DNA of 64,000 nt from Felis catus (lineage: Eukaryota). Below the pieces are notes generated by a model, which saw nothing but the letters and a program-made list of their open reading frames with translations, did no database searches and was not told where the DNA came from. The position numbers and the translations under genes are program-made. This document shows, piece after piece, positions 53,520 through 64,000 of the stretch. Every line of letters begins with the position of its first letter. The stretch's first letter is position 1. Location of the stretch: positions 155,684,001 to 155,748,000 of the forward strand of contig NC_058368.1 of NCBI RefSeq assembly GCF_018350175.1. Reading direction: 5' to 3'.

Positions 53520-53919
53520 TGGGCCTTCTCACTTTTAACACCAAGTGTTATAGACATTCATCTTCCCCAGGTGGTCTCCCAAGCATGATAGTCTGTTTCC
53601 TGCCCTTCTTCTTGTTCATGCTCCACCCCTGAAGAAGGCTGCAGTAGGATAAGCTCTCCATTGCATTTCCATCCTTCCCACACTATGAATGTAGTCTCTC
53701 CTCTCCTTTCAGTTGTGGAGTTTGCTCTGCCAGTCTGCAGGTCATTTTCCGGGTTATTTACACTGATGTTAGTGGTATCCATGTGACAAGGTGAGCTTAG
53801 GGTCTTCTTACTCAGTCTTCTTGGCCCCTCTACTCAAAATAGTATTTTAAGCTTTAAAAATTAGGACAAAGTAGCAGTTCTAGAATTCATTTATTAGACG
53901 CCTATTCCATCTTATGATT

Positions 53920-54146
53920 TTTTTTCAAAAAAAATGTTAAAGTTGACTTACTTATTTTTGAGAGAGAGAAAGAGAGGGCATGTGAGAGCACAAGCAGGGG
54001 AGAAGCAGAGAGAGGGAGAAATGGAATCCCAAGCAGGCTCCACATTGTCAGCACAGAGCCTGATGCGGGGCCTGAACTAATGAGATCAGGACCTGAGTCA
54101 AAACCAAGAGTTGGTCACTCAACTGACTGAGCCACCCAGGCACCCC
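53920..54146 (-). mobile_element. Can-SINE (older subfamily)
   Basis: Reverse SINE ending gagccacccaggcacccc. Degenerate TSD attccatcttatgatttt / atttcaactgatgatttt. Confidence 0.94.
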
Positions 54147-54199
54147 ATTTCAACTGATGATTTTAAATCTAGATACTAAATTCTGGTTATCAACTGATA

Positions 54200-54500
54200 T
54201 CTTTAAGCTGTTGCTAATATAGATTGGAATTAGAGCTAATTTTACTTCAGTGAGATAGATTTCCAAGAATAGAACGTCTGGGTTGAAAGCTTTATGTATT
54301 TTTAATTTTAATAAACATTACTATATTGCTTTCTCACATTCCCATCATACTAAGTGAGACTAATCTTTCTTTATATCCAGCCAACAACAGGCATTATAAT
54401 CCCTTCAAATTTTTATCAATTAATTTTGTCAACTAACAGTTGTAAATGTCAGTACTTTAATCTGCATTTCCTTCTTAATGGAGGATATTCTATCCTAAGA
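54200..54500 (-). mobile_element. Ancient L1 fragment
   Basis: ctcacattcccatca...cagccaacaacaggcattat...actttaatctgcatttcctt is antisense L1 ORF2 C-terminal-like. Confidence 0.55.
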
Positions 54501-54837
54501 AAACACATTTCATCCACTGTAAACCTAAATTTCTCACCATCTAAACAATTAAACTGAAAAATTTAACATATTTTAGTAAAATAACTATTTTATCAGCTGT
54601 TCTGATTTTAGAACAGGGATATATACAAATGTTTCCTTCACTGTTCTTCATAAAACACAAACACAGAGGACAACTTTACTAGGCTATTTTAATATTTTCT
54701 ATGTAGAACAAATATATCCAAATTTACTTAATAAGAAAGATATGATAATAATAAAAATAATCATTTATCTATTGAAAATATTGCATACATAAAATACAAA
54801 ATTATTAACACAGAATTAAGGGCAGGGACTATATTTT

Positions 54838-54868
<31 letters not shown>
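54838..54868. repeat. (ATC)n trinucleotide repeat at a MIR tail
   Basis: About 10 ATC units. Confidence 0.95.
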
Positions 54869-54874
54869 ATAGCA

Positions 54875-55110
54875 GCAGCTAACATTTATCAGGTGGTTAC
54901 TACATACCAGCTTCTGATTAAGCACTTCACAAGTGTTAAGTCATTTAATCCTCACAATCAAAATATGAGGCAGGTACTATTATGGTTCCCATTGCAGGGA
55001 ACAGGCACAGAGAGGTTGAATAGATTTGTTCAAGGACAAACAGCTAATTAGTACAATTCAAGATGAGAGCCCAAGAAGTCTGAGTTGAAAAACTCCCGAC
55101 TTTTAACCTT
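54875..55110 (-). mobile_element. MIR
   Basis: agctaacatttatc...tcatttaatcctcacaa...aggtactattat...aggcacagagaggttgaatagatttgttcaagg. Confidence 0.88.
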
Positions 55111-56679
55111 GTACTGTGCTAACTCTCCATCTGATCTTTCTATCCTTCCCAGTGCTGTGCAGGTTGACTCACTCAAAGGCCTGCAGTTTTTAACCTGTAC
55201 TTAAATATTTTATTAAGAAATGTAATACCCAAAATAAAAACGAGATCAAGTAGTAAGTTCAATAAATGAATTCTAGAACCTCTACCTTGCTTCTCTTTTT
55301 GAGGCTAAAATATTACTTCTTTGTTCTCTTTGGCATCACTAATCAAGCCATATATACACTCTCTGTAGGATATGTACTTATTTGAGACTACATGCACAAG
55401 AATTCTGAAAAATTAAAGCATATCATGTAATGAAGTATGACTAAGTAACAGATTATTAACATATAAAATATTTTAAACTGAAAAGTTCAATGATAAAAAA
55501 AAAATGTAGACATTTCAGCAAACCAGACAATCTCAATTTTAGGCCAGCGGAACAAAAGGCTTCAAAGAATCCTCATATAGTTTAAAGATTATCAGGACTA
55601 GATTGTCAGGTAGTGACCTTGCTGGCGTCCAACTCCTCTAACAGTATTTGGAAGTGCATTGTTTCAAATCAATAACTAATTAACAAAGTACAAAAGAAGT
55701 TACACTGTTTCCTTAGCTCCTTGTTAAAAATGGCTTTTGGCAGCACATGGGCAGAAAGGTCGCTTTTATGACATCTCCAGGAGCCTTTCAACACCCTGCC
55801 TCTGTCAGATTAAATTACTTTTAGCAATTAATTGTCATAAGTTAAAACAGAAGCACATTTGTTACAGCAGGCTGTCATAATGACATGGTGAGTAGTTGTT
55901 TTGATATGAATTTCTTCCACTGACCTTCTATCATATCTTAATTTTTGTGGTTGACCTAACTGGAAGATTGGGAGCACATCTTAACTCAAGAAGCATGGGC
56001 CAAATCTTGGGGGCTTTGGGACGAGACAACAACAAATAATTGAAAAAAATTTCCACAGATACTTTGAAAAGCAGAGGTTATGAAACAAAGGAATGTGTAA
56101 CCTGGAAATTAAATTTAAAACATTATTGTTAATTAACACAAAAATGCAGAATGTAACAAGGCTTAAAATTTCTCTTAAGTTCATAAACAATGAAATCATT
56201 GTTATATTGTACTAAATAATTTTTGAAGGTAAATTTTAGTAAGAATACATTTTAACATATGATCGATATGTCTTTTACTTAATAAACATGCTGTTTAAAC
56301 CTCCATAACATTATAAAATCAGTTGCTAACAATTATTTATCAAATAATATTCTTTACAAATCTGTATTTTAGCAGAACAGAAAAAAAAACCTCTCCTAAT
56401 TGAGGAGTGTTAATAATTTGGTAAATCCAGTAAAAGGCCATGTAGTATTTTGAACAGTGAATGACATAAGCAAATTTTTCTCTCAAAGGTAAAATTTGCT
56501 TATATTTGATTTTATTCCATTGCTATACATCTGTTACATTTTTTAGCTATATTAAAATTTAATAGAACTTCATAGAAGATGAAAAAAAATACTAGATGAA
56601 AACTAGGCCAGATCAAAAGCACAAGAAAAATGAAAAGGCATGACATTTTCAAGAAATCCTAAAACCATGAAAACAGTGA

Positions 56680-56900
56680 TAACAATAGCTAACATTTTTC
56701 AAGTGCTTCCTCTGATTTAGATATGGTGTTAAATGCTTAATATGCTCTAATTCATTTAATCTTTACAATACCCTGGGCAGTAGCTAGTATTATCTCCTTT
56801 TTGCTGATAAGACAAGTGATAGAGAGTTTAAGTCAATTGCTCAACATAATACAGTTAGTGGAGTTTCTCTGACTTCACCTCCCATAATCTTAAGTTAACA
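56680..56900 (-). mobile_element. MIR
   Basis: atagctaacatttttcaagtgctt...tcatttaatctttacaataccctg...agagagtttaagtcaattgctcaa. Confidence 0.8.
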
Positions 56901-58389
56901 CTACAGTACTTTTTATATATGTATACACACACATGTGTGCTATGTTTAAACGTTCATACCTTTATGAAATCAGTTATTAACAACAAACGTGTGTGTGTGG
57001 AGGGGTGTGTGTTTAAATCTAATAACGATCAACTCTTTCTAGTTGTAAAAATAAACCTTAGGCCTGGAATGTGGGTACCTCTGAAAAAATGACCTTCAGT
57101 TCTTGTAGTTCATAGTATACAATGAGGAAAATTCCAGAGTTGTTTATATGATTTATATAAGTTTCCATAGCAGTTGGGAGCGGTCATGAGGATATCAAGA
57201 AACATGTGGATAGGTGCGTGGGCATGTGTGAGGCAGGGAGTCTCGTATATCTGAAAGGATCCTTACTGTGATCAGGTGTTGTTAGCATCAGAGTGCCTGT
57301 GAACACTTGGGGTTGTCCAGGGAAGCTTCCTCTTCCTGCTTAGAGCATATCACTGAGTCCTCTGCCCTACAGAATGGACTGTGAGCAATTACGTTTTTAT
57401 ATTTTTTAACTACTTTAAAGGAACTTACATGTTTTACCTTTGTCTATTGCTATCCTTCTGGGACTCATCATTACCCTTGTGACACCTAGAACCCAGAAAT
57501 TAAAACTTAGGCTCTTTCTGGAATAATGTCTAATTATAACTATTTGCATATGTGTTCTATAGCATAAAGGAGAAAATTAATCCCATATATATTTAATATT
57601 TGGAGTTAATGTGAACACTCGGAACCCCCCGGAACTATGTATTAACTTTACTAATTAACTGGGTAAAATGTTCCCCTTAGATGTGTGTTGTGAAGTCAAC
57701 TTCCCAGTGATAAGAAATTTTCCATTTAAATAATTTTAATCTTCAATGTTTATAACACATTTCCAAATTAAATCACTACATTTTATATTAATTGTGTTTG
57801 TGGTTAAATGTTAGGCATTCTCAGTCTTCAAGGTTTTTTTTTTCTCTAAGTATATTCTACAGCACTAAAAGATTAACACTAAAGGCAGATTAGAACTCAG
57901 TCATTTTATCAGATGATCTCAGTTAAGTATTTTTATATTGCAGACAGAATACAACAGACTGATAAAATTTAACCTGGTATTTCTTTCCCTTTATTAAAAC
58001 CAGTAGAAGCTCTTAGTAAAGTAGCTCATTTTAACTAAGGGAGAAGAAAAAAAAAATGATTAAGTGAAAATTATTTCATTATTTCAGAGAATCATAAAAG
58101 ATTAGAAATTATGGCTTCCCACTTATTTGCATATATATCCATTTTAGAGAGGAAAAAAACTGAGCCCCAGAGATAGAAAATGGCTTATTCATTGTTTGTC
58201 ACTCACCACTGTAGTAATTTCATTGGTTGTGATTTCAGTTCTCACAAAGGTATGAAGACTAACAAACCTTATACTAAGTGTTTTATAAATCTTTAAAGTG
58301 ACGTCTACCACCTTACCTCTTGATTCCAATTACAACTCAGTGGAGCAGACAGGTCTTAGGAGACTTCTTAAATTTCTTCCTCCTCTTCT

Positions 58390-58610
58390 TTTTTTTTTTT
58401 TTTAATTTTTTTTTTAATGTCTATTTATTCTTGAGACAGAGACACAGCATGAACAGGGGAGGGGCAGAGAGAGAGGGAGACACAGAATCTGAAACAGGCT
58501 CCAGGCTCTGAGCTGTCAGCACAGAGCCCGACACGGGGCTCGAACCCACGAACTGTAAGATCAGGACCTGAGCCGAAGTCGGACGTTTAACCGACTGAGC
58601 CATCCAGCAC
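58390..58610 (-). mobile_element. Can-SINE (SINEC_Fc)
   Basis: Poly(T) tail, gagcccgacacggggctcgaacccacg and ccgactgagccatccag. TSD-like ctcttcttt on both sides. Confidence 0.96.
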
Positions 58611-58705
58611 TCTTTCTCTTCTTTAACCCTCACCTAATCAATTAGTATATCCTACTTACAGGCCATCTGAACACTATTTCTAAAGTGACACCCCAACTAC
58701 TTCTA

Positions 58706-58920
58706 AAATTTTTTTATGTTTATTTATTTTTGAGAGAGAGACAGAGCGCGAGCAGGGTAGGGGCAGAGAGATTGAGGAGACACAGAATCCGAAGCAGGTT
58801 CTGACCTGTCAGGCTCTGACCTGTCAGCACAGAGCCCGTTGTAGGGCTTGAACTCAAAAACTATGAGATCATGACCTGAGCCGAAGTGGGATGCTTAACT
58901 GACTGAGCCACCCAGGCCCC
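58706..58920 (-). mobile_element. Can-SINE with internal 15-bp duplication
   Basis: Reverse SINE ending gagccacccaggcccc. Internal aggttctgacctgtc-aggctctgacctgtc. Confidence 0.95.
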
Positions 58921-59224
58921 TCAACACCCTCTAACGTAAGCAATTATAATCTCTATATTCTAACATTGTGTTAATGAAGACAGAAATAGGGGAAAGGGAG
59001 AGAGAGGAGGAGACAGAAAAGAGATTGTTGGTGGTGGTGGCAGTTAAAAGAACTACATTTTTAATCTTAAATTGGTGTGTGGGTAAAGAGGAGGCTTGAA
59101 GAATAAAATGAGGACTATTACTATGTTAAGTCACTGCCAGATACTAAATGTACAATAAAATCTCAAAAATTACACTAGAATGGCATTAGCAAGTGTAAGA
59201 AGACCTTTGAAAGGAATAGAACAA

Positions 59225-59444
59225 GGGGCACCTGGGTGGCTCAGTCGGTTAAGGGTCCAACTTCGGCTCAGGTCATGATCTCATAGTTTGTGGGTTCGAG
59301 AACCCCATTATGCTCTGCTGACAGCTCAGAGCCTGGAGCCTGCTTCAGATTCTGTGTCTCCCTCTCTCTCTGCTCCTCCCCCACCCGCGGGCTGTTTCTC
59401 TCTGTCTCAAAAATAAATACACATTTAAAAAAAGAAGAAATTAA
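59225..59444 (+). mobile_element. Can-SINE (SINEC_Fc-like) inserted in an old L1 fragment
   Basis: ggggcacctgggtggctcagtcgg head. Perfect TSD gaaaggaatagaacaa at 59209-59224 and 59445-59460. Confidence 0.97.
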
Positions 59445-59810
59445 GAAAGGAATAGAACAATACCCAGAAAGAAAGGGTAGGAATGTAAGAATTCATCTAT
59501 GTTAAAGGTGGCACTTCAACAAATCAGTGGGAAAAGAATGAATTATTTTCAAAATGGAGTTAGGACAACTGATTATTTGGAGAAAAATATCAATGTGAAC
59601 TGTCTACATAATAAACAGAAAAACAATTATCTAGTAAATAGAACAATTAAATATCATTGGAAAAGGATGTTTTCTTGCATTAAAGAGGGTCGTGATAATT
59701 ATCAGTATCAACAAAACGAAATTGGATTCATACTTCAATGCAAACAAAACATTCAATTTCAAATAGAACATGAACTTAAGTGTGAAAGACAAAATTTTAA
59801 AGCATATAAA
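59445..59810 (+). mobile_element. Ancient L1ME-type ORF2 fragment
   Basis: aaaggtggcacttcaacaaatcagtgggaaaagaatgaattattttcaaaatggagttaggacaactg. Confidence 0.7.
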
Positions 59811-59859
59811 ATAATATCCTTTTTCTCCCTTTCCCCTTTACTTTCTTTCTTCAACTTTT

Positions 59860-60127
59860 ACTGTTCTCTTTTAGCTCTGATAACTTAAGATACATTTAGG
59901 TAAGATCACCCTCCAGGAAAACTTTCCCTGGAGCTTCCACTTTCAACCTCTAACTGGCTTATGTTCCACCTGTGCCCCCAACTCAAGTACTAATTGGAAT
60001 GTAGTGTGTTCTTCCACCATGGTGTCCACACTGTTATTATTGAGTTTCTATGGGAAAGGTCATGTCTTATTGATCTTCATATCCCAAGTGCCTAGCACAG
60101 TGTAGCTTAATAAATATTTGATGAACT
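59860..60127 (+). mobile_element. L2 3' end
   Basis: tcaccctccaggaaaactttccctg...catgtcttattgatcttcatatcccaagtgcctagcacagtg...ttaataaatatttgatgaa. Confidence 0.85.
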
Positions 60128-61316
60128 GTTTAAAAACCTATTGGTTGAAGTATTTTTTTAAAAAAATTCTCTGAAAAATCACTTGTTTAGTAAGCTACCA
60201 ACTGAACCATAAATTTATCAAGGATAGTTGGTTGAGTTTGAGGTAGATTGGTTTTGGCAATGAAATAGAAGTTACACCAATCTACTCAGAGGCCATTGTT
60301 TAGTGCTGATGCTATACTAGTCACATACTTGATTTCAGCCTCCTTTGACTCTGTACCCATATTTCCAATCAAATCTAGCCACAATGAAGTCTATTTAATC
60401 CACTGTACACAACGCAAGAAAACTAAAGATAATACTCAAATCACTAAATTTATGATACAGTTATAAAATGTTTCTTATTTTTAAAGAGCAACGCACTTTT
60501 GATCGTGTATATTCTATTTAGAGGTAACAGAACACTTGGAACTAATGTGGACTAGACTATTTGAATAAAGAAGGGCTAACTAATCAGGTCTTTGCTCATA
60601 TTCTTCATCTTAAAACTAAATGTTATAATTTATCACTTCTCCAAATTTAAAAATTTATCATATAACGAAATACATTCACTGGTATTTATGTTGGAGCATA
60701 TTTATAAATGGAAATCCATTCAAATGCTTCAAGTGTTAGAGCTACTATCTGCACATTTCCTATGAATAAGTATATAAGTAATCCCAGTTTTCAATGGCAA
60801 TGGTTCAGCCTGATGACTGAAAAAGTAACAGTATTTCATATCACAGTAGTGTCAATAAGCTTCCCTGAAGTTTAGGCAGCTTCATCTGGACAATCCGGCT
60901 AATGTGCCATCATTTGAATTTACTCTTAGGCACTGAAGAAACCAGAAACTCCGGTGTAAAACAAATAATAATTCAAACACAAACAACCTTGCTAAAGAGA
61001 ATTTTATTTAAGCCCCAAGAATGCAGACGTGAACTAAATGTAGGCCTTTTTAAAAATAATTAGATGTCACTTTGGGCAGTAAATATATAATCTAAATGAT
61101 TTTCTTAATTTTGAAAAGTACTAACAATTCCACTAAATGCAATATACAAGGTGGTAAGAGAAAGGCTATGATTACTTTCGTGTGTGTATATGTGTTAGCG
61201 TACACATGTTTGTTTTTGCACCGGCACAGAGGAAGAAGGGAGGGTGAGGAAAAGTTTTACAAAACATGGCAAGTCAAGATTAAGTATTATTAGATATAGA
61301 GTAAGACTTTGTGAAG

Positions 61317-63613
61317 TAAAAGGCACCCAAATGGGCAAGGAAGAAGTCACAGATTCACTATTTGCAAACAACATGATATTCTATGTAGAAAACCCGAAAG
61401 ACTACACCAAAAAATTGCTAGAACTGATACACCAATTCAGCAAAGTCTAAGGATACAAAATCAATATGCAGAAATCTGTTGCATTTCTATACACCGATAA
61501 TGAAGTAGCAGAAAAGGAAATCAAGGAATCGATCCCACTTAAACCAAAGCCAAAACCATAAGATTGCTAGGAACAAACCTAATCATAGAGGTAAAAGATG
61601 TGTACTCTGAAAACTACAGAACACTTATGAAAAAACTTAAAGAAGACACAAAGAAATGCAAAAACATTCCATGTTTACAGATTGGAAGAACAATTATTGT
61701 TAAAACGTCTCTATTACCAAAAGTAATGTACACATTTAAAGCAATCCCATGCAAAATACCACCAGCATTTTTTCAGCATTAGAACAAACAATCCCCAAAT
61801 TTATATGGAACCACAAAAAGATCCTGCTTAGCCAAAGCAATCTTGAAAAAGAAAAGCAAAGTGGGAGACATCACAATTCCAAACTTCAAGCTATATTACA
61901 AACTGTAGTCATCAAGACAGTATAACACTGGCATAAAAATAGACACACAGATTGATGGAACAGAATAGAAAACCCAGAAATGGACTCACAAGTATATGGT
62001 CAACATATCTTCGACAAAGCAAGAAAGAATATCCAATGGAAAAAAGACATTCTCTTCAACAAATGGTGTTGGGAGATCTGGACAGCAACATGCAGGATGC
62101 CAACATGAAAAATAATGAAACTGGACCACTTACACTATACACAAAAATAAATTCAAAATGGATGAAAGATCTAAATGTGAGACAGGAAACTATCAAAATC
62201 CTAGAGAAGAACACAGGCAGCAACCTCTATGACATCGGCCATAGCAACTTCTTACTAGGTACATCTCCTGAGGCAATGGAAACAAAAGCAAAAATGAACT
62301 AATGGGACCTCATCAAGATAAAAACCTTCCGCATAGCAAAGGAACAATCAACAAAACTAAAAGGCAACTTCAGAATGGGAGAAGATGCCTACAAATGACT
62401 TATCAGATAAAGGGCTTATATCCAAAATCAATAAAGAATTTAGCAAACTCAACATCCAAAAAAACAAATAATCCAGTTAAGAAATGGGCAGAAGAGGGGT
62501 GCCTGGGTGACTTAGTTGGTTAAATGTCCAATTCTTGATTTCGGCTCAGGTCATGTTCTCATGGTTCATGAGTTCAGGCCCCGCATCAGGCTCTCTGCTG
62601 TCAGCACAGAGCTTGCTTCAGATCCTCTCTCCCCTTCTCTCTGCCCTCCCCCTGCTTGTTCTCTCTCTCTTTCTCAAAATAAATAAACTTAAAAAAATTA
62701 TAAAAAAAAAAAGTGGGCAGAAGATATAAATAGATATTTTTCCAAAGAAGACATCCAGATGGCCAACAGACACATGAAAAGATGCTGAACATCACTCATC
62801 ATCAGGGATGTGCAAATCAAAACTATGATGAGATACCATCTCACACCTGTCAAGATGGCTAAAATTAACAACACAGGAAACAACAGATGTTGTGAGATGC
62901 GGAGAAAGGGGAACCCTCTTACACTGCTGGTGGGGATGCAAATTGGTGCAGCCACTGTGGAAAATACTTGCAGGTTCCTACCAAAGGTTAATACCAGAAC
63001 TACCCTATGATCCACCAAGTGCACTACTGGTTATTTACCCAAAAGATGCAAAAATACTGACTTGAAGGGACACATGCAACCCGATGTTTATAGCAGCATT
63101 ATCAACAATAACCAAACTATGGAAAGAGCCCAAATATCCACTGACTGATGAATGGATAAAGAAGATGTGAGATAAATACATAAATGTAAATATTTATGTA
63201 AATAAAATGGACGATTACTCACCCGTAAAAAAGAATGAAATCTTGCTATTTGTGACAACATGGATGGAGCTAAGAGAGTATTATGCTGAATGAAATAATT
63301 GAGTCAGAGAAAGACAAATACCATATGGTATCACTCTGATTTAAGAATCAAAACAGATGAACATAGGAGAAGGAACAAACAAGGGGCAGACCACAAGAGA
63401 CTCCTAACTGTAGAGAACAAACTGAGGGCTGCTGGATTGGCGGTGGGTGGGGGGATGGGCTAAATGGGTGATGGGTATTAAGGAGGGCACTTGTGAAGAG
63501 CACAGGGTGTTATGTGTAAGTGATGAATCACTAAATTCTACTCCTGAAACTAATATTATACTATATGTGACTAACTAGAATTTAAATAAAAATCTGAAAC
63601 AAAAAAATAAAAA
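61317..63613 (+). mobile_element. 5'-truncated carnivore L1 (RT end, ORF2 C-terminus, 3' UTR)
   Basis: [16 protein letters not shown] (degenerate FADD motif) and later ORF2 pieces, with an A tail. Perfect TSD aagactttgtgaag at 61303-61316 and 63614-63627. Confidence 0.97.
62496..62707 (+). mobile_element. Can-SINE nested in L1
   Basis: ggggtgcctgggtgacttag head and A tail. TSD aagaaatgggcagaaga / aaaaagtgggcagaaga. Confidence 0.96.
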
Positions 63614-64000
63614 AAGACTTTGTGAAGAATGCTTTAGAATCTGAATAGAAACTTGTACAGTGTCCAATAATGAGATACTTCTCCATAATGTTCCACTTTT
63701 AAGTGTTCAACTGTATATTATGAAAGAAGTATTTCATTCCAAATGTCTGAACATGACAATTATAAGCTAACTAGGTAATCTTTCTGGCTTAATTTTGAGA
63801 ATTATGTTAATATATCAACTTAGGATATTTAATGTAACTGCCTCATTTTCTCCCCAGAAGTAAGGGCTGGAGAGATGAGTCTAGAATATCCACTTCCTAC
63901 CTCCCACTTCTGACCAGGGAGGTGGTCCCTTTGCACATAGCTACGGCTCTGGAGAGAGCAGTATCTTGGGCAGCTGCTGAACACAAAAAAGGCAGTCAGA

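Larger units (their letters stand above)
45812..53830 (-). mobile_element. Near full-length, inactivated carnivore L1 (5' UTR, ORF1, ORF2, 3' UTR) with five nested insertions
   Basis: The 5' end on the minus strand reads gaggggccaagaagactgagtaagaagaccctaagctcacc. ORF1 pieces lie at 51944-52174 and 51283-51591 (…KPALQEMLKGTL*). Endonuclease pieces lie at 50264-50512 and 49997-50185 (HGTFSKIDHILG). ORF2 C-terminal pieces span 46182-47705. Candidate TSD tagtatttta at 45802-45811 and 53840-53849. Confidence 0.95.
1..64000 (-). other. FAM172A: Window lies within the FAM172A gene body: two long introns flanking the single exon
   Basis: The exon is internal (no start or stop codon). I did not find the neighbouring exons (the next should begin MIQREADV...) or any CpG island or promoter in the window. 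Confidence 0.85.

Noticed and set aside
45812..53830. Potentially active full-length L1
   Set aside because: ORF1 and ORF2 are broken by many stops, frameshifts and nested insertions.
59499..59888. 129-aa ORF
   Set aside because: It overlaps decayed L1ME and L2 fragments, has AT-rich low-information composition and no splice context.
284..62707. tRNA-like A/B-box sequences as tRNA genes
   Set aside because: All are heads of tRNA-derived SINEs followed by a CT tract, A tail and TSD.
1..64000. Additional FAM172A exons, a promoter or CpG island, or a novel multi-gene system
   Set aside because: By eye I found no other segment translating to FAM172A, no CpG-rich region and no long ORF outside repeats. 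Small non-coding or poorly conserved exons cannot be excluded without alignment.

Overview
AT-rich mammalian DNA, almost certainly from a cat-like carnivore, judged from Can-SINEs of the SINEC_Fc type and an L1_Fc-type 3' end. Nearly all of it is intron of the minus-strand gene FAM172A (ARB2A). Only one coding exon is visible (27921-28040, 120 nt, phase 0/0, [40 protein letters not shown]), and the ORF track misses it. The rest comprises 15 Can-SINEs, several L1 fragments, one near full-length L1 (about 45.8-53.8 kb) carrying five nested insertions, ancient L2/MIR/ERVL/MaLR/DNA-transposon relics and microsatellites. There is also a roughly 13 kb stretch free of lineage-specific transposons, holding a strong CTCF motif and a probable RTE-clade LINE relic. 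I found no evidence for a new multi-gene system. The best-supported unusual observations are retrotransposition footprints (a 3' transduction, a twin-primed inverted L1, a reused target site, a solo poly(A) insertion), a perfect 85-bp tandem duplication, head-to-head SINE pairs and candidate developmental enhancers. Repeat family names come from recalled consensus sequences, not from a search. Boundaries of old elements are approximate.
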